Part shown: positions 1 to 9,610 of the stretch, one piece after another
How positions within the stretch are numbered: the stretch's first letter is position 1
Layout of the letters: each line of letters begins with the position of its first letter
Assembly (NCBI GenBank): GCA_049802875.1
Contig: JBARNH010000048.1
Location: 64,551 to 128,550 of the forward strand
Source of the DNA: Thermoplasmata archaeon
Lineage (GTDB): Archaea > Thermoplasmatota > Thermoplasmata > Lutacidiplasmatales > UBA184
Reading direction: 5' to 3'
Length of the DNA stretch: 64,000 nt
The notes under the pieces: model-generated
The model's database searches: none
The model's input: the letters and a program-made list of their open reading frames with translations, nothing else
Told to the model about the DNA's origin: nothing
Translations under genes and position numbers: made by a program

Positions 1-1832
1 TTCGCCCCGCCTTCTCCCCCGCTCTGTTCCCGCTCACGGGCGGGGCGGTCGGTTCTACGACCTTTGTCATCCCCGCCAACGCGACGGCGAATAGCGGGTT
101 CGACTTCGCGGTCTCCGCGGTGACGAACCTGAGCGGAAAGATCGCGGAGAACTCGACCGTGAATTCCGGGTTCAATGTGGGGTACACCACTTTCCATAGC
201 TCGGATACCGAGTCCACGGCCGGCTGCCCCGGGTACTCGGCCTCGACGTTCTACGAGGGCGGTTCCGTGTTCGTGTATGCGGTCGCCGGCGCCGAGTACT
301 CGGGCGCGTTCACCCCCGTGCCGGGGCTGACCGTCGGGATCTCGTTCTGGAACGGGGAATCGGCCGTCACGGCGGGCGGGAGCCCGCCCTCGGCGTTGAC
401 GACCTCGAACACCGGCGCGGTGTGCTTCTCGTTCGTCGCCAACGCCCCACCGTTCACGCTCGCCAACAACTACCCGTTCGGAAATGCGGTCAATCTCACC
501 GTCACCGACTCCGCCGCGACCGGTACCGGGGACTGGAAGGATTGGTCCAACCTCACCTTCGACCTGATCAGCGGATCGGCCACGGGCGCGGTCCAGGTCA
601 GCCTCGACGCGAACGAGTATGCCCCCGGCGCCACCGTCACGGCCTCCTGGTCGCTGGGCGGCTCGAACGGAACCGCGACCGGCGGGCTTCACGTCAACGG
701 ATGGTCGTTGCTGGTCGCCTATCACGGGACTACGCTCGAGACCGGCCTACTGACGGGTACCGCGACGTCCGGGACGTTCACGGTGGTCCTTCCCGCCGAT
801 TTCCTAGGGGAGTTCTATGTCATCGTGAGCGCCGCCAACTCGACCACGACGTTCTTTGGGGTCGCGGTCGGCGTGGCCGAGACTCCGACGCTGCTCGTTT
901 CGGGCCCGACCTACTACACTCCGGGGTCGTCGATCAGCTGGGGCTTTCAGTTCTCTCCGACCGAGCTCGCCGGGACGGCGGGCTACTACTCGGTCACGGG
1001 CTACTGGGAGGACAATCTCGGTGAGGTGATCTCCGAGGGGATCGTCGCGCAGGGGACCGTCGGTGGCTCGAACAGCGTGGGGATTTCGGTTCCGTCCGCT
1101 TCTCCGGCGACCGCCTACGTGCTCGACGTCTGGGCTCAGACCGCTGCGAACGGCGTCTACGCCTCCAACTCCGCGACGGCGTCGCTCGAGACCGGGTACT
1201 ACGTCCTCGTAGGGGTCAGCACGCAGTCGAACTACGCCGACGGCAGCTACCAACCGGGACAGACGGTCCAGGTCACTTGGCAAATCGTGTCGTATTCCGG
1301 CTCGCCGTTGCCGAGCGCCCTTGAGGTCTCGATCACGCTGGGGTCCTACCTCGTGGCCGATACCTTTGGGTCCACGAGCACCTCGGGCAGCGTCGGGATC
1401 ACCCTGCCGTCGAACCTCCCCACGGGGGGTTTGGAGATCGACGTTCAGGTCGCCGGCAACATGCTCGCCGTCGGACCCGACTGCGAACAAGAGGCCGAGA
1501 CCACGACGGGGTACTGCTACGGGACCACCGGGATCGACATCAACGCCCACCCGTCGGTCCTCAGCATGGAGCTCGGAGCGGGGAGCGGCCTTACGGTCGG
1601 CTGGCTGATCCTCCTGATCATCATCCTGGTAGCGGTCGTTCTGTTGCTGCTGGTGATCCGCCGGGGTCGCGCGCCGAAGAACCCGGCCTGGAGCGAGTCG
1701 CCTTCGGGGATGAACCCGCCGAGCCCGGCCCCTTCGACCCCCCCAGCGGCCGAGTGGAAGGCACCCGAAGCGCCTCCCCCGAGTGGCGATTCGCCGCCAC
1801 CGCTCCCGACGCCGCCGCCGGGCGCCTCCTAG
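1..1832 (+). CDS. Cell-surface (S-layer-like) protein, 5'-partial. It is Thr/Ser/Gly-rich with a C-terminal TM helix and a Pro-rich tail.
   Basis: The reading frame is open from nt 3 to the stop at 1832, so the true start is upstream of the window. Composition is Thr/Ser/Gly/Asn-rich, typical of an extracellular glycoprotein. A single hydrophobic helix (LTVGWLILLIIILVAVVLLLLVI) is followed by RRGR and a Pro-rich tail. Confidence 0.6.
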   Translation, partial: RPAFSPALFPLTGGAVGSTTFVIPANATANSGFDFAVSAVTNLSGKIAENSTVNSGFNVGYTTFHSSDTESTAGCPGYSASTFYEGGSVFVYAVAGAEYSGAFTPVPGLTVGISFWNGESAVTAGGSPPSALTTSNTGAVCFSFVANAPPFTLANNYPFGNAVNLTVTDSAATGTGDWKDWSNLTFDLISGSATGAVQVSLDANEYAPGATVTASWSLGGSNGTATGGLHVNGWSLLVAYHGTTLETGLLTGTATSGTFTVVLPADFLGEFYVIVSAANSTTTFFGVAVGVAETPTLLVSGPTYYTPGSSISWGFQFSPTELAGTAGYYSVTGYWEDNLGEVISEGIVAQGTVGGSNSVGISVPSASPATAYVLDVWAQTAANGVYASNSATASLETGYYVLVGVSTQSNYADGSYQPGQTVQVTWQIVSYSGSPLPSALEVSITLGSYLVADTFGSTSTSGSVGITLPSNLPTGGLEIDVQVAGNMLAVGPDCEQEAETTTGYCYGTTGIDINAHPSVLSMELGAGSGLTVGWLILLIIILVAVVLLLLVIRRGRAPKNPAWSESPSGMNPPSPAPSTPPAAEWKAPEAPPPSGDSPPPLPTPPPGAS

Positions 1833-1891
1833 GGGCTCTCCGGCGGAGACGAACTCCTTCCGTCGCACGGTCGGTCAACGATCCATCCTCG

Positions 1892-2953
1892 TCAGCGGGA
1901 GAACACGGCGCCCAATTCACGGACCGAACGGACGGCCTCGACGGAGTCGAGTCCGCCGAAGTCGAAGATGCCGAGCACTTCGTCCACCCCGATCGCGGCG
2001 TATTCTTGGAGGCGCTCCGCCACGTGCGCGGCACTCCCGAAGAGGGCGAATCCGTTCTCCTCCAGGGACTCGGCGCTCGCGCGGTGGGCGTCCCGGCGAA
2101 CCTTCTCCTGAAAGAACACGCTCTGCGTCCGGAGCCGCGCGTCCAAGTATCGCTGCAGGGCCGCCCGTGCCCGTTCGGGCCGCTCCCCCGCATACAGATG
2201 CACCGCGACGGCGACCTCCGAAGACCTACCCGCGGGCCGGTGCGCGCGGAAGTCGCGTACCTGGTCCCCCAGCTCGGCGAGGTTCGCGACCGTCGCGTAC
2301 GGGACCAGGGCGAGGGAGGCACCTCGTTGGGCGACGAACGGGATCGCTTCCCGGCGCTGCACCGCGATCCAGAGCGGAGGATGGGGTCGCTGGACGGGAC
2401 GCACGTTGAGTCGGACCGGGACCGCACCCGGCTCGTCGACGCGTACCTCTCGGCCGTCGAACGCTGCGAGGAGGGTCTCCAGGTTCCGGTCGAACCGCTC
2501 GCGCTTGGTCCCGGGGTCGACCCCGAACCCCTCGAACTCCAGCGGGATGTAGCCACTCCCGAGCCCGAGGTTGAGTCGTCCACCGGTGATGCAGTCGAGC
2601 AAAGCGTACTGCTCGGCCAGCTCCACGGGCGAGTGGAACGGGAGTACGCTCACGAGCACGCCGAGCCGGACGCGACGGGTCCGCGCGCCGCACGCGGCGA
2701 GGAGCACCGGTGGGGCGGGGCAGACCCCGCCGGGTTGGAAGTGATGCTCGGCGACCCAGAAGGTGGAGAGTCCGGCGGCATCGGCCGCTTCCGCCAGTCG
2801 AATCACATCGCCGTAACGGTCCCGGTCGGAATCGGGGCCCTCCTCGTAGGCATCGACGACCGTGAACGCACTGAGCTTCACGCGGCACCGACCCGCGTTG
2901 GGTAGATGGCGTTTCCCGAACCGGGATAGGCGACCCAGTAGGGTGTCTACCAA
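1892..2953 (-). CDS. LLM-class flavin-dependent oxidoreductase (luciferase-like monooxygenase / F420-dependent family)
   Basis: A 353-aa ORF whose sequence (…FWVAEHHF…, …LGLGSGY…, TIM-barrel pattern) is typical of the luciferase-like monooxygenase family. The exact start is uncertain. Confidence 0.8.
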   Translation of the reverse strand: MVDTLLGRLSRFGKRHLPNAGRCRVKLSAFTVVDAYEEGPDSDRDRYGDVIRLAEAADAAGLSTFWVAEHHFQPGGVCPAPPVLLAACGARTRRVRLGVLVSVLPFHSPVELAEQYALLDCITGGRLNLGLGSGYIPLEFEGFGVDPGTKRERFDRNLETLLAAFDGREVRVDEPGAVPVRLNVRPVQRPHPPLWIAVQRREAIPFVAQRGASLALVPYATVANLAELGDQVRDFRAHRPAGRSSEVAVAVHLYAGERPERARAALQRYLDARLRTQSVFFQEKVRRDAHRASAESLEENGFALFGSAAHVAERLQEYAAIGVDEVLGIFDFGGLDSVEAVRSVRELGAVFSR

Positions 2954-3053
2954 GTTCCAATGCCAAGGCCCCGGATTCCTCTGCTGAGCCGGGGCCGCAG
3001 CTTCTGTGGGGTCCGAAAAGCTAAGACCGAGGACCCCGCCTGACCGACCGGAT

Positions 3054-3127
3054 GGGCTGGTAGATCAGTCCGGAAGATCGCCGGTTTTGCAAACCGGAGG
3101 CCTCGGGTTCAAATCCCGACCAGTCCA
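3054..3127 (+). tRNA. tRNA-Ala (anticodon UGC)
   Basis: Cloverleaf by eye: acceptor GGGCUGG/CCAGUCC with a G3:U70 wobble pair (the alanine identity element). Anticodon stem CCGGU/ACCGG with loop UUUGCAA. T-arm GGGUUCAAAUCCC. CCA is not encoded. Confidence 0.9.
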
Positions 3128-3204
3128 TTCTCCGGTTGACGGGGCGGCCCCGATCTTAGTGTCCCCTCGGTCCTCCGACCTCGCCCTCGACGCGGCTCGG
3201 GGGA

Positions 3205-4193
3205 TCAAATCCGGCCCGCTCGGTGGAGGACCTTGAGTGCCGTGGCCGTGATCCAGCGGCTCGGCCGGCCGGGGAACTCGAGTCCGAACGAGAAGAACGG
3301 GGTTCCCATCCCCTCGATGTACGCGTCGTCCTCCAGGTCGGGGTGTACCGCGTCAAGATTCCACGAGCCGTCCGGATTCCGCCGTCCTTCGAGCCAATCC
3401 AAGGCCTTCGTGAGGCGAGGGTCGCTTCCCCGTCCGAGCGAGGTCACGATGTCGAGCCCGACCAGGGCGTCGTAGTAATAGTGCACAGGAAAGTGGAGTC
3501 GAAGCCAGGGCGCATAGGTCGCGCGGTTTTCGGAGATGAGCTCGCGATCCAGATAGAATTCCAAGCCGCGCTGGATCGCCCGGACCATCCTCGGGCTTCT
3601 TCGTTCCTCGGGAATCCCCGCGAACGCGGCCAACGCTTGCCAGGAGTCGAGCGTCCCCGTCTTCGACGGCCAGCAGTGCCAGCCTCCGTCCTTCTTCTGG
3701 GCGGCAATCAGCCACTCAATGGACCGGACAACCCGGGGGTCGTCCCCGTAGCCGAGTCGCGTCGCTATTCGAACGTCCCCTCCGGTGCAGCAGACCTCGC
3801 TGTCCCTTCCCCCCATCTCGTTGAAGCGGGGGCTAGAGACTCGGTCGAAGTAGAGTCGGGCCGCACGCGCCCGCGCGGGTCGGAGCGGTCCATCCCCAGG
3901 TCGGCCAGAACGTGAAGAACGTACCGGGTCGCGATGTACTTGGGCCCCTCCATATCCCGGCCCGTTGAGGCGGGGGTCGCCCACTGACCTCCCGGGAGCT
4001 GAAGGGCGAGCAGCTCGGCCGCCCATCCCGTGCGGCCGATCTGCTTCCGAGCCACGACGACCTCGCGGTCGCCCTCCGGGCGATTGAGGAGCTCGCGAAG
4101 CACGCGGTACTTCACGCTCGGATCGTCGGTTCGGAGAATCCACCTCCGTAAGTCTGCGGAGAGCGGAACCCCGCGGGGAACTCGCCGACTCAT
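3205..4193 (-). pseudogene. Prenyltransferase / squalene-cyclase-repeat protein, apparently frameshifted near 3850-3895
   Basis: The N-terminal part (ORF 3765..4193) and C-terminal part (ORF 3205..4209) both look protein-like, with repeated aromatic/Gly-Trp motifs (GGQWATP, DGGWHCW, DGSWNLD). They lie in different frames and overlap in a GC-rich tract, cccgcgcgggcgcgtgcggccc. Confidence 0.5.
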
Positions 4194-4396
4194 GGTCCAG
4201 CCAGGGCATCCTCTCTTTTCAGCACTCTTCTCACCCTCCGTCGCTTCGCCCGACAGAGGATTGCGGCTCGGCTATTTCGCCGGATAGAGCTTCGGCAGGA
4301 GGGTACAGAAATTGCTCCGCCGCTCCCCAGGAGTCGGTTCGGAGAAGAGGGGTTTATCACCTTCTTCGCGTCGGGGCAGGAGTCCGAAGTTGGTAT

Positions 4397-6010
4397 TTGG
4401 GCGAGCACGATGGGGAGAGGATTCCGAGCTCTGGACGCGGAACCATTGGTCGGTTTTTGAGGAGCGCGACAGTGACCGGCACAACCGATTGGAACGCTCT
4501 CGGGCAACGGTGGTGGGCGCACGTTCAGTTCCTCGCGTCCGACCGCCTCGAGGGCCGTGATACGGGCAGCCGCGGTCACGCGGCGGCCGCTGACTACATG
4601 ATAGACCAGTTTCGGGCCGCGGGCCTCGAACCTGCGGGAGCGAACGGCTATCGACAGCCCGTCACTTTCGATGTCACCCAGATCGATGAACCCCACTCCT
4701 CCCTCGCTCTGATCCGAAACGGCCAGACCGTGGCCGTAAAACTCGGGGAGGACGCGGCCCTGGGCGTTGGCTCCCACACTGCAGAGAGTCTCGAAGCCGG
4801 AGCGGTGTTCGTCGGATACGGGCTCTCCGTCCCGGAATTGCACTACGACGATCTCGCGGGTCCGGATGCGAAGGGCAAGATCGCGGTCTTCGTGAACGGC
4901 GGTCCCACCGATATGTCCGGCCCGGTCAAATCGCACTATCAATCTTCGGTCGAACGGGGACGGGCGCTCCGCGCGTCGGGGGCCGCCGGGGCCGTCGCCT
5001 TCGTGAACCCGTACGGCGCATCGCTTCCCTGGTCGCGTCTCTCGGCGCATCGGTTACTCCCGATGATGGAACTGCGCGATCCCGGGGACGACTGGCCGAC
5101 TCCGCTGCCCTTCGTGTCGTTGTTCAACTCCGACCGCGCCGAGATGCTCTTCGCGGGGAGCGGCCATACGTTCGAAGAGGTCCTGGCCGGGCTTCGAAAG
5201 GGCGGGCCGCTCCCCCGCTTTCCCCTCGCGGTGACCCTGCAGGCCCGCGTCGCGACGGTCCGCTCGGAAGTGAGATCGGACAACGTGTTCGGCGTTCTTC
5301 CCGGGAGCGATCCGATCCTCCGGAACGAGTTCGTCGTCGTGAGCGCGCACCTGGACCACGTCGGAATCGGCGAGCCGGTCGATGGCGACCGCATCTACCC
5401 CGGGGCCATGGACAATGCCGCGGGGGACGCGTCGCTGATCGAGGTCGCCCGCAGCCTCCGGGCCTCCGGGTCCCGGGCCCGCCGCTCGATCCTGTTCCTC
5501 TCGATCACGGGAGAGGAGAAGGGCTTGCTCGGTTCTCAGTACTTCGTGTCGCATCCGACCGTCTCCGGCCGGATCGTCGCCGACCTCAACATGGACATGT
5601 TCCTCCCGCTCTTTCCGCTCCGGTTTCTGGAAGTCCAGGGCCTCGCCGAATCGACCCTGGGCGAAGAGGTGCGCGCGGCCGCCGAACGGGCGGGCGTAGA
5701 TGTGCAGGCCGACAAGGAACCTGAGGTGAACCGGTTCATCGGCAGCGATCAGTACAGTTTCATCCGGAAGGGGATCCCCGCGCTCGCGTTCAAGTTCGGC
5801 TACGTCCCGGGGACTCCCGAGGAAGAGGTCTTCAAGGCCTGGTACGCCAAGCGGTACCACGCCCCTTCGGACGATCTCGACCAGCCGGTCGACCTTGAGG
5901 GCGCCGCTCAGTTCAACGCGATCCTCGAAGACCTGGTGCTCCGGGTCGCGAATGCGGACCGACGCCCCGAGTGGAAGCCCGACAGCTTCTTCCGGCGTTT
6001 CGCGGGGTGA
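4397..6010 (+). CDS. M28-family aminopeptidase with inserted PA (protease-associated) domain
   Basis: M28 motifs: VVSAHLDHVG, PGAMDNAAG, ITGEEKGLLGS. The PA-like segment is GAVFVGYG…KGKIAVFVNGG. The true start may be a downstream GTG near 4471. Confidence 0.85.
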   Translation: MGEHDGERIPSSGRGTIGRFLRSATVTGTTDWNALGQRWWAHVQFLASDRLEGRDTGSRGHAAAADYMIDQFRAAGLEPAGANGYRQPVTFDVTQIDEPHSSLALIRNGQTVAVKLGEDAALGVGSHTAESLEAGAVFVGYGLSVPELHYDDLAGPDAKGKIAVFVNGGPTDMSGPVKSHYQSSVERGRALRASGAAGAVAFVNPYGASLPWSRLSAHRLLPMMELRDPGDDWPTPLPFVSLFNSDRAEMLFAGSGHTFEEVLAGLRKGGPLPRFPLAVTLQARVATVRSEVRSDNVFGVLPGSDPILRNEFVVVSAHLDHVGIGEPVDGDRIYPGAMDNAAGDASLIEVARSLRASGSRARRSILFLSITGEEKGLLGSQYFVSHPTVSGRIVADLNMDMFLPLFPLRFLEVQGLAESTLGEEVRAAAERAGVDVQADKEPEVNRFIGSDQYSFIRKGIPALAFKFGYVPGTPEEEVFKAWYAKRYHAPSDDLDQPVDLEGAAQFNAILEDLVLRVANADRRPEWKPDSFFRRFAG

Positions 6011-6085
6011 CAGCGGATGGGCCTCCGAAGGCGTTCCTTTACCTCTCCCCCTCGTTAATGAGGGGAGGAGCGGCTCAGGCCCTCG

Positions 6086-6928
6086 ATGAACGAACCGGCC
6101 GTCTCGAAGACCCTCGACGTCCCCGGCGGGAAGATCGCGTTCGAGGAGAGGGGTCGAGGCCGGCCCATCGTGCTCCTCCACCAGGCGATCGCGGACCGAC
6201 GTGTGTGGAATCGCGAGTTCGCGCTCCTCGGGCGCAATCATCGGGTGGTGCGCTACGACCTGCGAGGGTTCGGGGGCTCGACTCCTGCGACCTCGGAGTT
6301 TTCACCGGTCCGCGACCTGGCCGCCCTGCTCGACCATCTCGGAATGGAGCGTCCGCTGATCGTCGGCCCCAGCGTGGGGGGGAAGATCGCCCTCGACTTC
6401 GCGCTGGAGCATCCGGACGGAGTGGGCGCACTGTTGCTCATCGCTCCGGGGTATTCCGGGATGGATTACGACCACGTTCCCGGCGGGAAAGCGACATTTG
6501 AGCGCGACGAGCGCCTCTCCAAGGCCGCCGCCGATGCCTGGGCCGCGGGAAACCTCGACGAGGCCACGGAGCACCTGCGCGATCTGTGGGCTTCGGCGCT
6601 CACGGGAAAGTCGCTGGATCTTTTCCGAACGATGGTCCGGGAGAATGCGAAGGAAGTCTTCGAAGAGCGGTCCGGCCGATTCGAGACGCGGGAGGGAGCG
6701 CCCGCCGCCGAACGGCTGAAAGAGATCCACGTTCCGACGCTGATCCTGGTCGGCGACCGGGATAACCCGGCGATGCCGCACTGCTCCAATTTCGTCGGCC
6801 GTGGCATCGCTGGTGCCACGGTCCAGCTCGTCCCTGGGGCGGACCACCTCCTGAACCTTTCCCAGCCGGACGCATTCGATAGCGCATTCGACGGCATCGT
6901 TGAGCGTCTACCGGGCGATCGAGAGTAG
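6086..6928 (+). CDS. Alpha/beta-fold hydrolase
   Basis: HGxP-like N-terminus (IVLLHQAI), nucleophile-elbow-like GPSVGG, and typical length and order of catalytic residues. Confidence 0.85.
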   Translation: MNEPAVSKTLDVPGGKIAFEERGRGRPIVLLHQAIADRRVWNREFALLGRNHRVVRYDLRGFGGSTPATSEFSPVRDLAALLDHLGMERPLIVGPSVGGKIALDFALEHPDGVGALLLIAPGYSGMDYDHVPGGKATFERDERLSKAAADAWAAGNLDEATEHLRDLWASALTGKSLDLFRTMVRENAKEVFEERSGRFETREGAPAAERLKEIHVPTLILVGDRDNPAMPHCSNFVGRGIAGATVQLVPGADHLLNLSQPDAFDSAFDGIVERLPGDRE

Positions 6929-6937
6929 AGGTCGTCG

Positions 6938-7599
6938 ATGGCCGTCCGGTCCCGGCCATCGGTCGCCCCCCGGAAGGCGCCTCGGGCGCGTCGTCCGGAG
7001 TCCACCGCGAGCCTCACGTCGCGGCCTCTTTCTCCGGAGACCTGGCCGGCGTTTGCTCGCCTCGTGGAGAAGCATCACGGGATCTTCGGTGGGTGCTGGT
7101 GCATCTCGTTTCATCTTACTCCGGAGGAGGGAAGCATACCGCCGCAGAGTACCGTTCCCTGAAGGAGGCTCGGGTCCGGGAAGGGCGAGCGCACGCCGCG
7201 CTCGTTTTTGACGGCCCCCGCGCCGTCGGATGGTGTCAGTTCGGCCCTACCGCGGAACTCCCGAACATTCGTAGTCGGAAGAGTTACGAAGCCGGACTGC
7301 GCCAGTTGCCCGATTGGCGTATCACCTGCTTCTTCATCGACCGAGATCGCCGGGGGGAAGGGATCGCGAACCTCGCCCTGCATTCGGCGCTTCGGGAGAT
7401 CGCTCGACTGGGAGGGGGAACGGTCGAGGGATACCCCGAGACCGTCGCCGGCCGGACCGTCTCTCGTTCGTTCCTCTGCAGTGGGACCCTGGGCATGTTC
7501 GAGAAAGAGGGGTTCAAGAAAACCCGGAAGATCGCGATGCACCGGTGGGTCGTCGTTCGAAAGATCCCCCGGGCAGGGCCGAGGGCCGCCTCGAATTGA
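6938..7599 (+). pseudogene. GNAT-family N-acetyltransferase split by an apparent frameshift in a G-rich run (~7126-7136)
   Basis: ORF 6938..7162 carries the GNAT-like N-terminus (…FGGCWCISF…). ORF 7093..7599 carries the remainder (…CFFIDRDRRGEGIANLALHSAL…GFKKTRKIAMHRWVV). The two frames switch inside 'ccggaggaggg'. Confidence 0.5.
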
Positions 7600-7725
7600 G
7601 CCCACCGGCGGCAGTCTACCCCGGGGGTGGGTATGTATGGAGGCCAATTCGGGCTCGCGGTCCCTCGATTCCCATCGACCTCAAGGTTTTTGGACCGGAA
7701 GCCGCGACGTATCGGCGGGGTACCA

Positions 7726-7937
7726 TGACCGACGAAAGTGACCCGCCTCGATTCCGAGAGCACCTGCACGAGATCCGACAGGCCTTGGGCGGAATCGCCC
7801 GGGACGTGGAGATCGACGTGGCCGACGCGCCCCGTCTTGCCAAGGAGGGGACGAAGAACACCCTGGCGAAGGCGGCGGGCATTCGGCGAGGCCGGATGAA
7901 GGAGTGGAGCGAGCCCGAGTCCGAGGCCCCCAAGTAG
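7726..7937 (+). CDS. Hypothetical small protein (70 aa)
   Basis: The ATG-initiated C-terminal part of ORF 7314..7937 (MTDESDPPRFREHLHEIRQALGG…) has a balanced, protein-like composition. The upstream part of that ORF is shadow over the GNAT gene. Confidence 0.3.
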
Positions 7938-8151
7938 CATCGGAATCGGTGGGGTGAAATCTCACGCCTCCCGACCTCGGGAGTCGATTCCGGTCGACAC
8001 CCAACCGAACCGATCCGAACGTGGTGAGCCGGGCGCTCCCCGGAACCGACCACTCCCGGAACCATCGCGACGTACGGGGCTCCGTGCGAGGATCGGAGAT
8101 CCAGCCGCCCCCGCGCAAACTCTTTAGGCGCTCGGAGCGGACCCGGGCAAC

Positions 8152-8610
8152 GTGCCCGACGAAGAGCTGGACCCGATCCTGATCCAGGTCACGGTTCCAT
8201 TGCCCATTCCGATGATCTATGCCGCCTTCACCGATCCCGCCCAGCTCAAGGGATGGCTCTGCGACTCCGCCCGCGTGGAGGCCCGGGTCGGGGGCGAGTA
8301 CGTCCTCGGGTGGACGACCCCGACCCCCTTCGAGAGCCGAGGGAAGATCCTCCAGATGCAGACGGACCTCGACATCGATTTCAGTTGGCTCGCCCCGCCT
8401 CCGTTCGAAGCGCTGCTCAACGAGCCCGCGTCCAAGACCCACGTCTACGTGCGACTGACGGAGTCGCCCGAAGGGATCGACGTCACTCTCGAGCACTCGG
8501 GTTGGGGGTCAGGACCCGACTGGGAGGACGCCCGTTCCTGGCACTTCCACCTGTGGGACGATCGGCTCCATCTCCTCAAGGATTACCTCATCAAGGCGGC
8601 GTACGGGTAA
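8152..8610 (+). CDS. SRPBCC-superfamily protein (Aha1/polyketide-cyclase-like ligand-binding fold)
   Basis: 152 aa with the alternating beta-rich pattern and length typical of the SRPBCC/AHSA1 domain. Confidence 0.75.
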   Translation: MPDEELDPILIQVTVPLPIPMIYAAFTDPAQLKGWLCDSARVEARVGGEYVLGWTTPTPFESRGKILQMQTDLDIDFSWLAPPPFEALLNEPASKTHVYVRLTESPEGIDVTLEHSGWGSGPDWEDARSWHFHLWDDRLHLLKDYLIKAAYG

Positions 8611-8887
8611 GGGCACCTCACCGCCCGCCCGGAGCGAACTTCCGGCACTCGGCTTCCCCGCACACCCCGCACGGCCCCGACGGCTCCAGTCGGAAGTTCG
8701 CGCTCCCCTCCACGGGGCGCACGACCATGTGCTGGGTCGGCCAGTGGCCGCATCGGCATCGAGCCCGGGTCGGCGCCCCGGCTCCCAGGCCCGAAGGGGT
8801 GGGAAGCGCCATCGGACGGCCGACCAGCGAGCGGGCGGGAAAAGCTTGCGGCGACGTAGGAGTAAAGTCGCCCCCCTTCGTCCCCCG

Positions 8888-9589
8888 GTGGTGGAGATCA
8901 GTGGGTGTCCCGTTCCCGAGGACCGGCTGTACGACCTCGAGAACGAAGTCTGGTATCTCCGCGAAGGATCGGACGGCTTGGCCCGCGTCGGACTCATCGG
9001 ACCGCTCGTCTGGTTCGCGGGTCGGTTCGAGACGGTCACCTTCCGTCCGCCGGTGGCCGTGGTCGCCCGCGGCCGGAGCGTCGCGACGGTCGAAAGCCTC
9101 CGGTTCACGGGCGCGGTGCGTCTCCCGGTGGACGGGGTCGTCGTCGAGCGGAACCCGGCGATCGTGGACCGACCCCGGCTGCTCAACGACGCGCCGTACG
9201 ACGACGGCTGGGTCGTGCGGATCCGTGCGACCGACGGCGGCGCGGCTCCCCCCGGACTGGAGACCGCGGACGCGATCGCCGAGCGTCTCGCCGAGCGGAT
9301 CCGCGCCCGACGGATCCGGTGCTGGCCGCAGACTCCCGAACTCGAGCTCTACGAAATCGGCATCGAGTGTTCGGCCGTGCTCACGAAGCTCAACGAAGAG
9401 CTCCGCGGACGCTCGGCCGGAGAGGCGGTCCTGCTCGTTACCGACGACCCGACGAGCCCGATCGAGATGGAGCGGTGGTCGGACCAAACCGGGCACCGGC
9501 TCCTTGCCCACCGGAGGGAGGGTGACCTCCACCAGTTCCTCGTTCGGAAGGAGGCGCACCCGACCCCGCGGCGCCGCCCCGGGGCGTGA
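8888..9589 (+). CDS. Fusion protein: glycine-cleavage-H-like (lipoyl-domain-like) N-terminal domain plus TusA-like (SirA/YedF/YeeD) C-terminal domain
   Basis: The N-terminal half aligns by eye to GcvH (…VESLRFTGAV…PVDGVVVERNP…DPY.DGW), but Arg stands where the lipoyl-Lys belongs. The C-terminal ~75 aa carry the TusA pattern (…IGIECSAVLTKLNEELRGRSAGEAVLLVTDDPTSPIEMERWSDQTGHRLL). The start is assigned to GTG at 8888/8891. Confidence 0.7.
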   Translation: MVEISGCPVPEDRLYDLENEVWYLREGSDGLARVGLIGPLVWFAGRFETVTFRPPVAVVARGRSVATVESLRFTGAVRLPVDGVVVERNPAIVDRPRLLNDAPYDDGWVVRIRATDGGAAPPGLETADAIAERLAERIRARRIRCWPQTPELELYEIGIECSAVLTKLNEELRGRSAGEAVLLVTDDPTSPIEMERWSDQTGHRLLAHRREGDLHQFLVRKEAHPTPRRRPGA

Positions 9590-9610
9590 GCACGACGCTC
9601 GGCAGCCCGA

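Noticed and set aside
804-1868. Long antisense or alternative-frame ORFs throughout the window. Examples: 804..1868(-), 1754..2905(+), 2226..2966(-), 8253..9671(+), 14219..15040(-), 21504..22547(-), 24550..25776(+), 37115..39157(-), 43442..44539(-), 43582..44766(+), 49973..51475(-), 53190..54680(+), 56687..58141(-), 61504..62943(-).
   Set aside because: All are Arg/Pro/Gly/Ala-rich with a low-complexity composition and lie opposite to or out of frame with genes that have clear family signatures. This is the expected stop-codon-poor shadow of a ~2/3-GC genome.
3187-3225. Possible second tRNA or pseudo-tRNA downstream of tRNA-Ala
   Set aside because: There is no 5-bp T-stem complement and no acceptor or anticodon arms, so it cannot be a functional tRNA. 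It is kept only as a weak att-scar hypothesis in the findings.
7938-8150. Possible ncRNA in the 210-nt gap before the SRPBCC gene
   Set aside because: No recognisable structure or conserved motif such as 7S or RNase P RNA. It is probably just promoter and 5' UTR, with a weak ctctttagg TATA-like element at ~8110.
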